Assembly: GCA_021811565.1 (NCBI GenBank)
Contig: JAJZOL010000147.1
Coordinates: 1 to 61,714, forward strand
DNA: 61,714 bases
From: a bacterium
GTDB taxonomy: Bacteria; Armatimonadota; Chthonomonadetes; Chthonomonadales; CAJBBX01
Reading direction: 5' to 3'
Notes under the pieces: generated by a model
Told to the model about the DNA's origin: nothing
The model's input: only the letters and a program-made list of their open reading frames with translations
Databases searched by the model: none
Shown here: piece by piece, positions 1-9,214 of the stretch
How positions within the stretch are numbered: position 1 is the stretch's first letter
Layout of the letters: each line of letters starts with the position of its first letter
Translations under genes and position numbers: made by a program

Positions 1-596
1 GGATTCCAAAAGGAGTTTAGATAGCCGAATGACGCTCCGCCCTGTTGACGAAGCTCGACTCCGTCAAAAATGGAAAGGTGCGCGATGAAACCATGCTTTT
101 TGGCATACTCGCACTGTCCTTGCAGGCCATTCCAGAATACGGGATCCCATCGGCTTAAATCCGCTTTCCATCCATGACCGGTATTGACGTAAAGAAACGG
201 AACCGGCGTGGGTACTCCGTTCCAACTGGATGGATGGGTGGAGGCGGACATACGGTTCACCCCCAAGCTGATGCGGATGTAATTAAGATGATAGGGGCTT
301 TCCAGCCTCATCATCTCCCTGTACCGTGAAGGATGATCGATGTAGTACCCATCGGGAACCGCCGCCCAATCATAATAGCCGATCAGAAAAACCGGCTTCC
401 CTGCGGCATCCTGATAGTATCTTCCCGAGGGGTGAACACGTATGCCACCGCCATGTAATTCCCTGATTTTTTTGTGGTTGGCTGCTGATGAGGGTCCCCC
501 GATAAGCGAGCCCGCCATGCCAATGAGAAACTCTTTGCGTGTTATCAAAATGCCCACCAATATCCCGGCGATAAACGATAATGGATAACGTATCAT
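1..596 (-). CDS. Partial putative exported glycoside hydrolase (DUF4038/GH140-like or other TIM-barrel GH); runs off the window start
   Basis: Not in the ORF track. My translation of the minus strand from ATG 596 is open to the edge: MIRYPLSF...ITRKEFLIGMAGSL...IRVHPSGRYYQDAAGKPVFLIGYYDW...NYIRISL...DLSRWDPVFWNGL...AKKHGFIAHLSIFDG. It has a Tat-like TRKEFL. The true start may be the TTG just before TRKEFL. Confidence 0.6.
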   Translation of the reverse strand, partial: MIRYPLSFIAGILVGILITRKEFLIGMAGSLIGGPSSAANHKKIRELHGGGIRVHPSGRYYQDAAGKPVFLIGYYDWAAVPDGYYIDHPSRYREMMRLESPYHLNYIRISLGVNRMSASTHPSSWNGVPTPVPFLYVNTGHGWKADLSRWDPVFWNGLQGQCEYAKKHGFIAHLSIFDGVELRQQGGASFGYLNSFWN

Positions 597-651
597 GTAT
601 ACATGCACAAAGTCAATAACGGTTCTCCTTTCCATTCAATGAATCGCGTAG

Positions 652-680
652 TTGACCAATCTCAAACCCTAAGGTAGAAT
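652..680 (+). promoter_or_regulatory. Sigma70-type promoter
   Basis: TTGACC-N17-TAGAAT, 28 bp upstream of ATG 709. Confidence 0.65.
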
Positions 681-708
681 TGGAAGAGTATATCACGGCT
701 GAAAAGAG

Positions 709-1350
709 ATGCTGCGGCAGATGCGCAAAAAAACCGCCTTTACATTAATTGAGTTACTCGTGGTGATAGCCATTATCGCTCTGCTCGCAGCGATACTATT
801 CCCTGTCTTCGCAGCCGCGAGAGCAAAGGCGAGACAGATTGTTTGCGTTTCAAACCTGCGCCAAATAGGTTACGCTTTCACCATGTACGCCCAGGATTAC
901 GATGGATACTTTCCGTGGGCGGTGGATCCCACGGATAAATACACTCCGCAAATATGGAACTCCTATCCCGCCTTTCAAGCGGAAATCCCTAGTATGCCGC
1001 TAATCCAAACCGTTTTATTGCCCTACGTGAAGACCCCGGAGGTATATCATTGCCCTTCGGACACAGGTTACACCGTGGAGGATTTCACCGGAATCCCTTT
1101 GGACGCCACCCCTACAAGTTATGCCAAATTCGGCACGAGTTACAACTATCGTACGGAGATATCGTTTCGTCATATGAGCGAAGATTCCCTGAACACTCCA
1201 TCCGATGCGAATCTGCTTATGGACGCCTCGGGAAGCTGGCATGGAGGCACCGCATTGAACGATATGCGCTATAACACCCTCTTTGCGGACGATCACGTGA
1301 AAATAGAGACGCGTTCGCAGATGAACGCCATATGGAACACTCCGCTGTGA
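709..1350 (+). CDS. Prepilin-type N-terminal cleavage/methylation protein with DUF1559 domain
   Basis: AFTLIELLVVIAIIALLAAILFPVF; CVSNLRQIG..FTMYAQDYDGYFP; C-terminal H...N.LFADDHVK, a variant of the H-X9-DG motif. Confidence 0.9.
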   Translation: MLRQMRKKTAFTLIELLVVIAIIALLAAILFPVFAAARAKARQIVCVSNLRQIGYAFTMYAQDYDGYFPWAVDPTDKYTPQIWNSYPAFQAEIPSMPLIQTVLLPYVKTPEVYHCPSDTGYTVEDFTGIPLDATPTSYAKFGTSYNYRTEISFRHMSEDSLNTPSDANLLMDASGSWHGGTALNDMRYNTLFADDHVKIETRSQMNAIWNTPL

Positions 1351-2714
1351 ACCGCGTTCAAAGCCGCATCAAGCGAATCCGCGCGCAATGGATAGTGCCC
1401 GTATCGACCACTCCCTTTTCAGATGGGGAGATCGTCATTGACGGCGAGAACATAGTGGATTTGCGCACCGTTCTCTCCGGACGCGCCGAAAGAGACGACA
1501 TTCTCGATTACGGCAACGCTATCCTGATGCCGTCGTTCGTCAATGTCCACACACACGTGGATTACACAGTGATGCGCGGATTATTGGAGGACCTCCCCTT
1601 TTTCCCTTGGGTGCGCAAAATGGTGGAATTGAAGGACAGGCTTGCCGAGGAGGACTGGATATGGTCCGCGCGCCTTGGAATTGCCGAGGCTCTAAGCGCT
1701 GGAGTTGGTACCATTGGGGACTGCTCCTCAACCGGCGCAGCCCTGCAGGCGGCACTGGAGTCGAATATTCGAGGGATCGTCTATCAGGAGGTATTCGGAA
1801 TTGATCCATCCCTGAATATCGCAACGGCGCTGAAGGATGCGGAAACCCTCATTCTGGAACAACAACGCCGATGCGATGGATCGATTGTCACGGCGGGAGT
1901 ATCTCCGCATTCCGCGTACACCTGCAATCAAAGGATGCTGGAGGGGGTAGCGGAACTCCGCGAGAAACTGGATATTCCTCTTTGCATCCACGCGGCGGAA
2001 TCCCCGGGGGAATCGCAACTGATTCGAGAGGATCGCGGGGTGATCGCGGAGATGTATTCCAGAAGGGAAATTCCCTGGACAGCCGAAGGCGTATCCCCCA
2101 TCGCCTATCTTGAAAAACGGGGGATTCTTTGCGACAGGACACTCCTGGTACATGCTGTTCAAATGGAGGCGTCGGACGCGGCTATTATGAGCCGTAACCG
2201 TTGCTCCCTTGCGCACTGCCCCAAATCCAACGCAAAACTGTGCAATGGCAGGGCCCCGATGGAGCTTGTCGGGGCGTTCACCGAAAACCAAGGCATCCCC
2301 GTCGGAATCGGAACGGATAGCGTCGCAAGCAACAACCGTATGGATATGTTCGAGGAGATGAGATTCGCCCTGTTGCTAAGGCGAGCGTTCAGGAGAGACT
2401 GTTCCTCTCACGATACGCGCAGAGTGTTGGAAATGGCGACGATCGGGGGAGCCAAAGCATTGGGAAAGGAGGAGCTCATCGGAAGTTTGGAGATCGGCAA
2501 AAAGGCGGATTTCACTCTCGTGCGCACCCATACCCTCTCAATGACCCCATGCCATGACCCCGTTTCGGCTTTGGTGCATGCGGCGAGTTCATCCGATGTC
2601 ATCGCGACATTCGTAAACGGCGAAGCATTATATATGGACGGTGAAATCCGGGGAATAGACACGGAAAGGGCAATCCAAAAGGTGCGTGAAATCGCGGTTC
2701 GACTGAAAGGGTAA
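1332..2714 (+). CDS. Metal-dependent amidohydrolase, MtaD/SAH-deaminase-like
   Basis: NVHTH, SPHSAYT, HAAES, HCPKSNAKL, GTDS, GSLEIGKKAD. A GTG at 1347 overlapping the upstream stop is an alternative start. Confidence 0.85.
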   Translation: MEHSAVNRVQSRIKRIRAQWIVPVSTTPFSDGEIVIDGENIVDLRTVLSGRAERDDILDYGNAILMPSFVNVHTHVDYTVMRGLLEDLPFFPWVRKMVELKDRLAEEDWIWSARLGIAEALSAGVGTIGDCSSTGAALQAALESNIRGIVYQEVFGIDPSLNIATALKDAETLILEQQRRCDGSIVTAGVSPHSAYTCNQRMLEGVAELREKLDIPLCIHAAESPGESQLIREDRGVIAEMYSRREIPWTAEGVSPIAYLEKRGILCDRTLLVHAVQMEASDAAIMSRNRCSLAHCPKSNAKLCNGRAPMELVGAFTENQGIPVGIGTDSVASNNRMDMFEEMRFALLLRRAFRRDCSSHDTRRVLEMATIGGAKALGKEELIGSLEIGKKADFTLVRTHTLSMTPCHDPVSALVHAASSSDVIATFVNGEALYMDGEIRGIDTERAIQKVREIAVRLKG

Positions 2715-2721
2715 GACGGAC

Positions 2722-3438
2722 ATGAAAAAAAGGGTGGTTGTAAAACCAAAGCCAAATCTACGGAAGGCGCTGATAATATCCCTGATAACCTTGGTAAGCG
2801 GCGCTGTCATCGTGTCGTTCCTGTTTCATTACAACCTATCCGGTCTGAGCTTGGCATATGCAGGAACCTACGCGCCGCCCTACACTTGGAATGAATACCT
2901 GCTTGTAAATATCACCTGTCTGATTTTCATTCCCATGCTCATCATCTTCACCATTTTCAGGGAAAATCCCCAGTCCTACGGCTTAATGCGTCCGCAAAAT
3001 GACGCAGCGAAAATCGCCCTTTGGTTTTTCCTGCTCATGCTGCCGATACTCATCATCGCATCCAGATTCCCAGCCTTTCGCAATTACTATCCCATACAAA
3101 AAGAGGCGATCTATTCGGTGCGTTATTTCCTCTACTTCGAGATCACCTACGGTTTTTACCTTTTCTGCTGGGAGTTTTTCTTCAGAGGGTTTCTCACATT
3201 CGGCTTGGAGAAACGCCTTGGATCGATCACAGCGGTCATATTGCCGTCCATCGCCTTTTGCGCCCTTCACTGGACCAAACCGATTCCGGAGTTTCTCGGG
3301 TCCTTCATCGCCGGAATTGCGATGGGCTGGCTTGCCCTCCGTGGCAAATCGTTTCTACCAGGCTTTTGGATTCATTGGGGGATATCCGTGATATTTGACA
3401 TCCTCTGCATCCACGGCGCACCGAGAGCTTTTTTATAG
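2722..3438 (+). CDS. CPBP (CAAX/Abi) family intramembrane glutamic endopeptidase
   Basis: Multiple TM segments; WEFFFRGF, FCALH, KP.PE, H.G motifs. Confidence 0.85.
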   Translation: MKKRVVVKPKPNLRKALIISLITLVSGAVIVSFLFHYNLSGLSLAYAGTYAPPYTWNEYLLVNITCLIFIPMLIIFTIFRENPQSYGLMRPQNDAAKIALWFFLLMLPILIIASRFPAFRNYYPIQKEAIYSVRYFLYFEITYGFYLFCWEFFFRGFLTFGLEKRLGSITAVILPSIAFCALHWTKPIPEFLGSFIAGIAMGWLALRGKSFLPGFWIHWGISVIFDILCIHGAPRAFL

Positions 3439-3616
3439 AAACACGCACGATTCGTTCCCATGCTTGGATAAAGAGCGGGATAAAACCGGTACAATAATAT
3501 CGACATTATGGAATAAGTTCGATCATATGGCGATTTGCGTCTTCAAAAGTTGATGATGCCGCTCATTTCCGCTGATGATCGTTTTCAATGTATATCACAC
3601 TCCACCTGAATGACGC

Positions 3617-5329
3617 TTGGCAAGAGGAAACCGCCTCGGGATGACAAATAATCTACGCATCACTTACTCAAATCCGAATATCAAGCGATTCCCATCCATT
3701 CGGCATCGAATCAACCCTCTCGCATTTGCCATCGCTTTCATGATCGCATCCGCAACCGCTTTCGCAGCCGGCAAGATTACACTTAACACAAAACCGCCGG
3801 ATGTGATCATCGATCAGTTCAAGCAATTAACGTGGCAACCGGAAACCAACTACTTCCAATCGAACAGCCCGGTGAGAATTATCCTGATTGACCCCGATAC
3901 GGGAGAGAAAACCATCATATTGGCGGATAACGTGGAGGGATCCGCCTCCCAAACCATCACGGTCAAAGGTCATCTTACTTTGACCAGACCCGAAGGCGAT
4001 CTCGTCGGGGAGGATATGACTTTTAATCCCGTGGATCATACCGGGATTATCCATAACGCCAAAACCGATGCTTACAACATCTTTCTCAAGGGAAAAATCA
4101 TCCAGCTTTTACCTGGAAACATCCTTCTTGCAAAGGACGCCGTCTTCACCACATGCAGGCTGAAACATCCGGACTACCATATCACCGCCAAGGAGGTAAG
4201 GGTGTACCCGAATGGCAAGGTTGTGGGAAAGGGAATCACATTTTGGCTGGGACCTAGCCGCATCATCTCGCTTCCGTCCTTGGAGAAGACATTCGCTCCC
4301 GGAGTGCAGAATCCAATCCCAATTCCCGGGTATTCCAAGCAAAACGGACTCGCTATTCCCTTGTCGGGGGATGTGTTCACGAACACCAATCGCTCGATGT
4401 TCTACAATATCAATATAGCTGTGAAGCAGTCTCCACAGGGGATCATCTCTTTCGCGCAGGATATCGCACATGTGCCTCAAGGAGCATACCCCCCTTCCGG
4501 ACAAGCGTACAGGGCTTCTCAACCGTTAGGCAGCGCTCTGCAACCGCTGCCAATGATGAACATCAATGCGCCAAGCCCCACCCTGTTCCTGCATCGCACC
4601 ACTTTGTACGGTTTAATCACGAAGGGAACCTTTGTGGATAACAGGGAACGCACGAACATACAGGTGGATCGGTTACCGGACATCGGGGTTCATTTCGGCA
4701 ATATACTAAATAGCCGCCAGGTTAATCCAACTGACCCGAATTTCAGCGAGGAGACGCATTCCGTCTTCGGAACATCCTTTCTAAATCCTGCGGAATGGAT
4801 CGTAAGCGCGGATATCAACGGAGGTTATTTTCGCGAACAGCCGGATCATGTAACCTCGGGAAGGTTCTCGGAGGGTTTGGATATATCCTCGCCTCTTTAT
4901 GTTCTCGCCAACCCGTTTTATATTCGATATGGCATGACGCTGCACACCTCTTACTACTCAAAAACGCATACCAATTACACGCTCTTCTCTCCTGAGGCGG
5001 AGATGGATTGGGTGGTTCGACCAAACACGCTTCTTTCCGCCTCCTACCGTCTGCAACAGGATTTTGGAAAGACCCCGTTTCTATTCGACCACAAGGATGT
5101 CCCTCACGAGGTGGACTTCAATTACGGTTGCCTTGCGGCGCATTGGGGATACAATTTCGGAGTGAGATACGACGTGCAGAGATGGCGGGCTTTTGATACG
5201 ATATTGGGTATCAAGAAGCGATTCGACTGCATGGAGGTTGGACTGGCGTACCATACACGATACGAAGGACTGGACGTCATCTTCAATCTTTTGCCTACTG
5301 GAACAAAATCGACATCGTCAAATCAATGA
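3617..5329 (+). CDS. LptD/OstA-like outer membrane LPS-assembly protein
   Basis: Signal-like hydrophobic segment; FTTC...PDYHITAKEVRVYP motif typical of LptD; aromatic beta-strand-rich C-terminus (RFDCMEVGLAY). Confidence 0.65.
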   Translation: MARGNRLGMTNNLRITYSNPNIKRFPSIRHRINPLAFAIAFMIASATAFAAGKITLNTKPPDVIIDQFKQLTWQPETNYFQSNSPVRIILIDPDTGEKTIILADNVEGSASQTITVKGHLTLTRPEGDLVGEDMTFNPVDHTGIIHNAKTDAYNIFLKGKIIQLLPGNILLAKDAVFTTCRLKHPDYHITAKEVRVYPNGKVVGKGITFWLGPSRIISLPSLEKTFAPGVQNPIPIPGYSKQNGLAIPLSGDVFTNTNRSMFYNINIAVKQSPQGIISFAQDIAHVPQGAYPPSGQAYRASQPLGSALQPLPMMNINAPSPTLFLHRTTLYGLITKGTFVDNRERTNIQVDRLPDIGVHFGNILNSRQVNPTDPNFSEETHSVFGTSFLNPAEWIVSADINGGYFREQPDHVTSGRFSEGLDISSPLYVLANPFYIRYGMTLHTSYYSKTHTNYTLFSPEAEMDWVVRPNTLLSASYRLQQDFGKTPFLFDHKDVPHEVDFNYGCLAAHWGYNFGVRYDVQRWRAFDTILGIKKRFDCMEVGLAYHTRYEGLDVIFNLLPTGTKSTSSNQ

Positions 5330-5446
5330 TGTTTTGGAATGGATCGGTGCGTATCCAATTCAACGTTAAAAACGAATTGGATGACTTCAGCGAATAAAAC
5401 TATCGTAAGAAATATTAACGCACCAATCTTGAGGGACATGACACAT

Positions 5447-6061
5447 ATGCAAACCGACAAGGGAATCACAATAGGGATTTTGGCTCTTCAAGGGGATTAC
5501 GAAGCGCACAAAAAAATGATAGACCAAATTGGCGGAGCGACTACCATATTGGTTCGCTCAGTGGAGGAGTTGCAAAAGTGCGATGGAGTGATCATCCCTG
5601 GCGGGGAGAGCACCACAATAGGAAAGCTGCTTGTCAAGCATGATATCATAGAACCCCTGATTCATAAAGTGCAGGACGGCATGCCTCTCTATGGCACTTG
5701 TGCAGGGATGATCCTCATGGCGAAGGAGATAGAGGGGAGCGAGCAGACCCGGCTTGGGGTGACAAATATCTCCGTCGCAAGAAACGCCTTTGGAAGACAG
5801 GTGGACAGCTTCGAGGCTCAGATCCCCTTCTCTTCTTTGGAGGGGGAAGCGGTGGAAGGGGTTTTCATTCGCGCCCCATACGTTACCAAAACCTGGGGCG
5901 ATGTGGAAATCCTCGCAAAATATCAGGATAAAATCGTGGGGGTGCGTGAAAAGAACATGCTCGCCACCGCTTTTCATCCGGAATTAACTTCGGATACGAG
6001 GGTGCATGAGCTATTTCTGAAGATGGTGCGATCGTCCGTGCGGAACGTCTCAAAGCCCTAA
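5447..6061 (+). CDS. pdxT: Pyridoxal 5'-phosphate synthase glutaminase subunit
   Basis: GILALQG, IIPGGESTT, GTCAGMI, RNAFGRQVDSFE, VFIRAP, FHPEL. Start moved to ATG 5447 after GAGGGA. Confidence 0.95.
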   Translation: MQTDKGITIGILALQGDYEAHKKMIDQIGGATTILVRSVEELQKCDGVIIPGGESTTIGKLLVKHDIIEPLIHKVQDGMPLYGTCAGMILMAKEIEGSEQTRLGVTNISVARNAFGRQVDSFEAQIPFSSLEGEAVEGVFIRAPYVTKTWGDVEILAKYQDKIVGVREKNMLATAFHPELTSDTRVHELFLKMVRSSVRNVSKP

Positions 6062-7371
6062 GGCTCATCCTGGGAAGCATTTCTGACTTGTCCCGCGATT
6101 TCCCCATATAATTCCCGGGTTTGACGGATCATATCATCAATTCGATAGTGTTTGGCGATGCCTTCCCGAGCGGATTTGCCGTATGCGTCCGCTATCTCGG
6201 GATGATCCATCCAATCCCTCAAAATGTCCGCAAACTCCTCCGGCTTGTCTTTATCGAAAAGCGCCCCACCGGAAGTGATACCGATAAGTTCCGGAAAGAC
6301 ACCATGGTTGGGGGCGATGACAGGCACCCCGCAAGCCATCGCCTCCATCATCGCCATACTTCTAACCTCGGGGATTCTACTCGGAACCGAGAAAGCGCTG
6401 CAGGATCGTAGCATTCGCGTTTTTTCCGCGAAATCAATCTCCCCTAGATACTTGAATTCCATATTGACGCACTGAGAGATGGAGGCTTGCACCTGCATCC
6501 AATATTTGATATCCATTACTTTCCCCGCGACAAGCAAACGAACCCTACCCATTCCGCGTTTGGTGAGAATCCTCAGAGCCTCAGCCAAAACATCCAACCC
6601 TTTTCCATGCGTGATCGCGGATACGTAACCAACGGTGAATGGCTCTCTGTTTCTGTTGGCGATGCTTTCATATCTTGTCAAATCAACGCCGGTCGGTATC
6701 ACATGGATATTCTCATAAGGCAATCGAAGATACGCCGCCATTCGTTCCGCCGCATCGTGACTAGGCGAGATGAAACAGTCCACGGCACGCACGTTCTCCT
6801 GCATTTGCCGCCAAACCTTTGATCTCCATTCCTCGGGAAACACCTCCACGAAACTATCCTCTCCTTGAAAGGCGCAGACCACGGGGATATTGTATCTCAC
6901 TCTAATATCTGGGGCCACGGATGAGAGAAGAGTGTTCGTGATGCTCACGAGATCAAAAGGCTGCAGAGTATCCATATGGGCGAGAAGTTTATCCATCTCC
7001 TTGCGTTGAAAACCCCTACGCCCAAGCAGCACGGAGTGTGTCATGGGTCCCAATTCCTCGGCTTTCACGCTCACAGCGAATTTGCTCGCCCAAAGGAGAA
7101 GTTTGGGATTATCCAACAGACGATCCGTCCATACCGGCGTTTTGCGGAAAAAAGGGATATTTTGCTGCAGCCAGGAGTTTATGCCGCCAAGAAAGATTTT
7201 GTTTTGAGGAATCGCCTGAAAAAGGTCGGAATCCACGCGAAGAGGAGTGTAAAGCGGAAGGATGATGACATCGTCTCCTTGAGCGATCAGACCATTTGCC
7301 AAGGAGATATCGCGTGCGCACGCTCCGCAATACATTCCGCCGGCGCCCGCCGCTAAATGGACAATCCTCAT
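6058..7371 (-). CDS. Glycosyltransferase family 4 (GT-B) with N-terminal CxxC
   Basis: GKGLDVL, PSRIPE...EAMACGVPVI...GVFPEL; N-terminal AGAGGMYCGAC. ATG 7371 follows GGAGG. Confidence 0.85.
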   Translation of the reverse strand: MRIVHLAAGAGGMYCGACARDISLANGLIAQGDDVIILPLYTPLRVDSDLFQAIPQNKIFLGGINSWLQQNIPFFRKTPVWTDRLLDNPKLLLWASKFAVSVKAEELGPMTHSVLLGRRGFQRKEMDKLLAHMDTLQPFDLVSITNTLLSSVAPDIRVRYNIPVVCAFQGEDSFVEVFPEEWRSKVWRQMQENVRAVDCFISPSHDAAERMAAYLRLPYENIHVIPTGVDLTRYESIANRNREPFTVGYVSAITHGKGLDVLAEALRILTKRGMGRVRLLVAGKVMDIKYWMQVQASISQCVNMEFKYLGEIDFAEKTRMLRSCSAFSVPSRIPEVRSMAMMEAMACGVPVIAPNHGVFPELIGITSGGALFDKDKPEEFADILRDWMDHPEIADAYGKSAREGIAKHYRIDDMIRQTRELYGEIAGQVRNASQDEP

Positions 7372-7405
7372 TTCCAACCTCCGTTCAAGACGCTATCCGA
7401 TCGCC

Positions 7406-9130
7406 TTAGCCCGTATGTGCAAGGATTGTATTCACCAAAAACCGGAGCAAATTCCCGATGGGTTTCTTCTCTATCTGGTCCGCGATGGTGAGACATCGCG
7501 CCTTCAGTAGATCAACTAATGCATCCGCTTTTGTGAAAGCTCCCATGCTCTCGTATAGCTCCCTGACTTCCTGGATGGAAACCATTCCGGATTGCACATC
7601 TTGGGCAGTGGGAATGTTGGAGCCTTTTTCGGATGCAAACGCTCGAAGGATGGTAGGGCGGCAGGAAAGAAAATCCTGCCCCATATGCACCTTGTTCTCC
7701 TCGGATTCGCTCCAGTCATCCAGATCGTTTACGATCTGGTAACCTTGACCCAGATAGGAGGAAAAACGGGATAGCAGTTCCTTATCCATTTGGTATCCTG
7801 CAGACCTTAAGCCGGCGAATAACGCCGCCTCAAAAGCCTTGGAGGTCTTTTGCGCATAGATGGATAACACCTCCAACGGTTTCAGGTTTTCAGAGCCATT
7901 GGAAACGCTCATCAATTCCGCCCCTTGTCCGCGACAAAGGTTCAGGTGAGCCGCACCAAGATGCGCGAGAATGTCCGAAGTAACATCCGCGCCTATGTCG
8001 CTGACTTGCCGTGACACAAGAAGATAGCCCAATCCAATGAGAAAATCGCCGACATTGAGAGCTGTCGCCACTCCGTAACGATGATGCAGTGTGTCATCCC
8101 CGTATCGCCAATTATCACCGTCCTCAATATCATCATGCACCAAGGACGCCTTGTGCAGACATTCGATGGCGATGGCGATATGTCGAACGGAATCCGGAAT
8201 GAGGGATTCCAAATTCGCCCCCTCCTCCATGACGATATCGCCATGCTTGGCAACCCCATACGCCGCAAGGGTGATGAACGGTCGAAACCTCTTGCCCCCC
8301 TCCAATATCCATTCATACGAGATACGATCCGTTTCGGTCGAGAACCCGCCGTCGGGGGAGCGATCAAAAACCGTAGCGAGATGCCTTTCCAAATTGCGGA
8401 TGGCGAAGATGGACCGGGTGTGTCTTAGCATAGGAACGTATGACAGATAATCCTGCTGACGATCCTCGGTTCGCAGTTCCATAATGCGTTTGACAAGAGA
8501 TATTTCCGCCTCGGTGTCCTTGCAACCGTCGCGTAAGAGAGGGACCGCCACCATGGGAACCCCCAAATTCGATACGCGTTCATAGGATTTCTCCAGGGAA
8601 TCGAGGCACGCGACGCCAAGAATGGCGTCAGCCTCATTGTCGAGCACCTTCATAATGACCGATGTTGTGCCTTCGGCGATAATCACCTGATATCCAAGCT
8701 CATCCGCTCTGCTTTTGAGGGAATGGATGTCACACGCACCGCATCCTGCGCAGTTCAACCCAACGGAATCATAAGTCCCTCTGCACGCTTTCTGATCTCT
8801 GAGGCAATGCGGCAGCAGCAGTAAACGGCGATTAAATGGCGTCGCAGCGTAGCGGCGCTTCCAAAAGGCGTTGCTTAGTTCAACCATGGCAAAGCCAAGG
8901 TATTCCAGCCTCTCCTGCATGGAGGATAAGAGATGAATCCCGTGGAACTCCAACTCGGTTCGATCCGGCGGGGAGTTTGTGAAGGATGCGGAAGCGATCC
9001 GTAGCGATTCCGCGCGAATTGCGGAACGCACTTCGGCGTCCTGTGGCACCTGTTTAATATTTGATGGCTTGATGGTGGATTCGCCGGAAGGTTTGAAAAT
9101 CATGGAAATAACGGTATCTCTTTGCGCCAC
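7406..9130 (-). CDS. DUF116 domain fused to trans-polyprenyl diphosphate synthase
   Basis: N-terminal RLLLLPHCLR..C..CAGCGAC..GVAC..GC (DUF116-like); C-terminal GGKRFRP, first Asp-rich motif HDDIED, GQG, KT, second motif NDLDD. Confidence 0.85.
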   Translation of the reverse strand: MAQRDTVISMIFKPSGESTIKPSNIKQVPQDAEVRSAIRAESLRIASASFTNSPPDRTELEFHGIHLLSSMQERLEYLGFAMVELSNAFWKRRYAATPFNRRLLLLPHCLRDQKACRGTYDSVGLNCAGCGACDIHSLKSRADELGYQVIIAEGTTSVIMKVLDNEADAILGVACLDSLEKSYERVSNLGVPMVAVPLLRDGCKDTEAEISLVKRIMELRTEDRQQDYLSYVPMLRHTRSIFAIRNLERHLATVFDRSPDGGFSTETDRISYEWILEGGKRFRPFITLAAYGVAKHGDIVMEEGANLESLIPDSVRHIAIAIECLHKASLVHDDIEDGDNWRYGDDTLHHRYGVATALNVGDFLIGLGYLLVSRQVSDIGADVTSDILAHLGAAHLNLCRGQGAELMSVSNGSENLKPLEVLSIYAQKTSKAFEAALFAGLRSAGYQMDKELLSRFSSYLGQGYQIVNDLDDWSESEENKVHMGQDFLSCRPTILRAFASEKGSNIPTAQDVQSGMVSIQEVRELYESMGAFTKADALVDLLKARCLTIADQIEKKPIGNLLRFLVNTILAHTG

Positions 9131-9160
9131 TTACGGTTGAGCGGCAAATCGTTTTTTTTC

Positions 9161-9169
9161 ATTATAACA
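9161..9169 (-). promoter_or_regulatory. Extended -10 internal promoter upstream of the polyprenyl synthase
   Basis: TGTTATAAT on the minus strand, about 30 bp before the GTG start. Confidence 0.5.
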
Positions 9170-9214
9170 CAGGTCTCATAAATACGCTAAAACTGATGGA
9201 TGAAAAATTCACCA

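Noticed and set aside
3556-3572. CCGCTCATTTC resembling the MITE core
   Set aside because: No flanking inverted repeats; probably chance.
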